Below, piece after piece: positions 63,059 through 64,000 of a DNA stretch of 64,000 nucleotides. Position 1 is the first letter of the stretch, and each line of letters starts with the position of its first letter. The notes under the pieces are model-generated. The model ran no database searches. It saw nothing but the letters and a program-made list of their open reading frames with translations, and was not told the origin of the DNA. The stretch is taken from positions 14,588,435 through 14,652,434 of the forward strand of contig NC_057750.1 of assembly GCF_004010195.1 (NCBI RefSeq), read 5' to 3'. Position numbers and translations under genes: made by a program. This stretch comes from Chiloscyllium plagiosum (taxonomy: Eukaryota).

Positions 63059-63372
63059 AGTGGCAAAGTGGTTAACACTGCTGCCTCACAGCACCAGGGA
63101 CCCGGGTTTGGTTCCTACCTCGGGCCACTGTCTGTGTGGAGTTTGCACATTTTCCCCGTGTCTGTGTGGGTTTCCTCCGGATGCTCCAGTTTCCTCCCAC
63201 AGTCCAAAGGTGTGCGGATCAGGTGAACAGGCCATGCTAAATTGCCCAAAGTGCTAGGTCTATTAGTCAGGGTTAAATGTAGGGGAATGGGTCTGGGTGG
63301 GTTACTCTTCGGAGAGTCGGTGTGGACTGGTTGGGCCAGTTGGCCTGTTTCCACACTGTAGGGAATCTAACT
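63059..63372 (+). mobile_element. HE1-type V-SINE
   Basis: Head, V-domain and tail. Confidence 0.9.
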
Positions 63373-63764
63373 ACTATCAATCAGGACACATACCAACATT
63401 TCATCTCGCCCTCATACAATTAGCATTGTTCTAAGTGTCACACCAACAACGCACAGTTTGTGCCTTATCTATGGATCTAGAACTCCCACATCGACCAAAC
63501 AGATTGCACAACACGCATTGCTCAACTTTATTCTCTTCAACTCAGAACACCCGATTTAATCTCACTGGCCTCCAGGTCACAGCATTTCAAGTATGTTTGC
63601 ATATATTGTTCTCAATCCAAATCATTCAGAGTTTGTGCTTCCTCGTTACTTTCAGCCAGTGAGTCCAGACACACTACTGCACTACCTTCAAGGATTTCTC
63701 CATATTTCTCTCTATTTTCTGCATTAATTACTGTCAATCCATGACTCCTGCCTATTCACCGATC

Positions 63765-64000
63765 TGTCATAGAGTCATTGAGATGTACAGCATGGAAACA
63801 GACCCTTCGGTCCAACCCGTCCATGCCGACCAGATATCCCAACCCAATCTAGTCCCAACTGCCAGCACCTGGCCCACATCCCTCCAAACCCTTCCTATTC
63901 ACATACCCATCTAAATGCCTCTTAAATGTTGCAATTGTACCAGCCTTCACCNNNNNNNNNNNNNNNNNNNNNNNNNNNNNNTTCAGCCTCTCCCTGTAGC
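63765..64000 (-). mobile_element. CR1 3' end (same subfamily as 41955-42755)
   Basis: Near-identical 3' UTR. Confidence 0.9.

Overview
Repeat-rich vertebrate genomic DNA, almost certainly from an elasmobranch (shark). The basis is abundant HE1-type V-SINEs with their CR1 partner LINEs; the taxon is an inference. The only host-gene sequence I can support is two diverged, tandem, minus-strand copies of the 3' part of an olfactomedin-4 (OLFM4)-like gene. Copy A (exons 18818-19027, 16290-16440, 14269-15098) has correct splice sites and phases but one in-frame TAA 42 codons upstream of the normal stop. Copy B (46192-46343, 43777-44578) is a clear pseudogene with frameshifts, stops and a 27-bp micro-inversion of the DFAVDExGL motif. 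I could not find the 5' (signal peptide and Cys-rich) exons of either copy. The rest is mostly transposable elements: CR1, Rex1/Babar, RTE, Tx1/L1 and L2-like LINEs, SINEs, solo LTRs, a Tigger-like MITE, and a decayed Gmr1-type Gypsy LTR retrotransposon with integrase before RT and a tRNA-Pro PBS (52611-58441). The most notable hidden signal is four families of Penelope-like element termini. Each carries a minimal hammerhead ribozyme motif (CUGANGA-stem II-GAAA-palindrome-UH) with family-specific, compensated stems, including a U3-A8 core variant. Many are inserted as long inverted hairpins with target-site duplications, several inside the olfactomedin introns. Assembly gaps: 2962-3461, 20520-20899, 24435-24490, 31587-31595, 63952-63981. 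TE boundaries were read by eye and are approximate unless a TSD or terminal motif is quoted.
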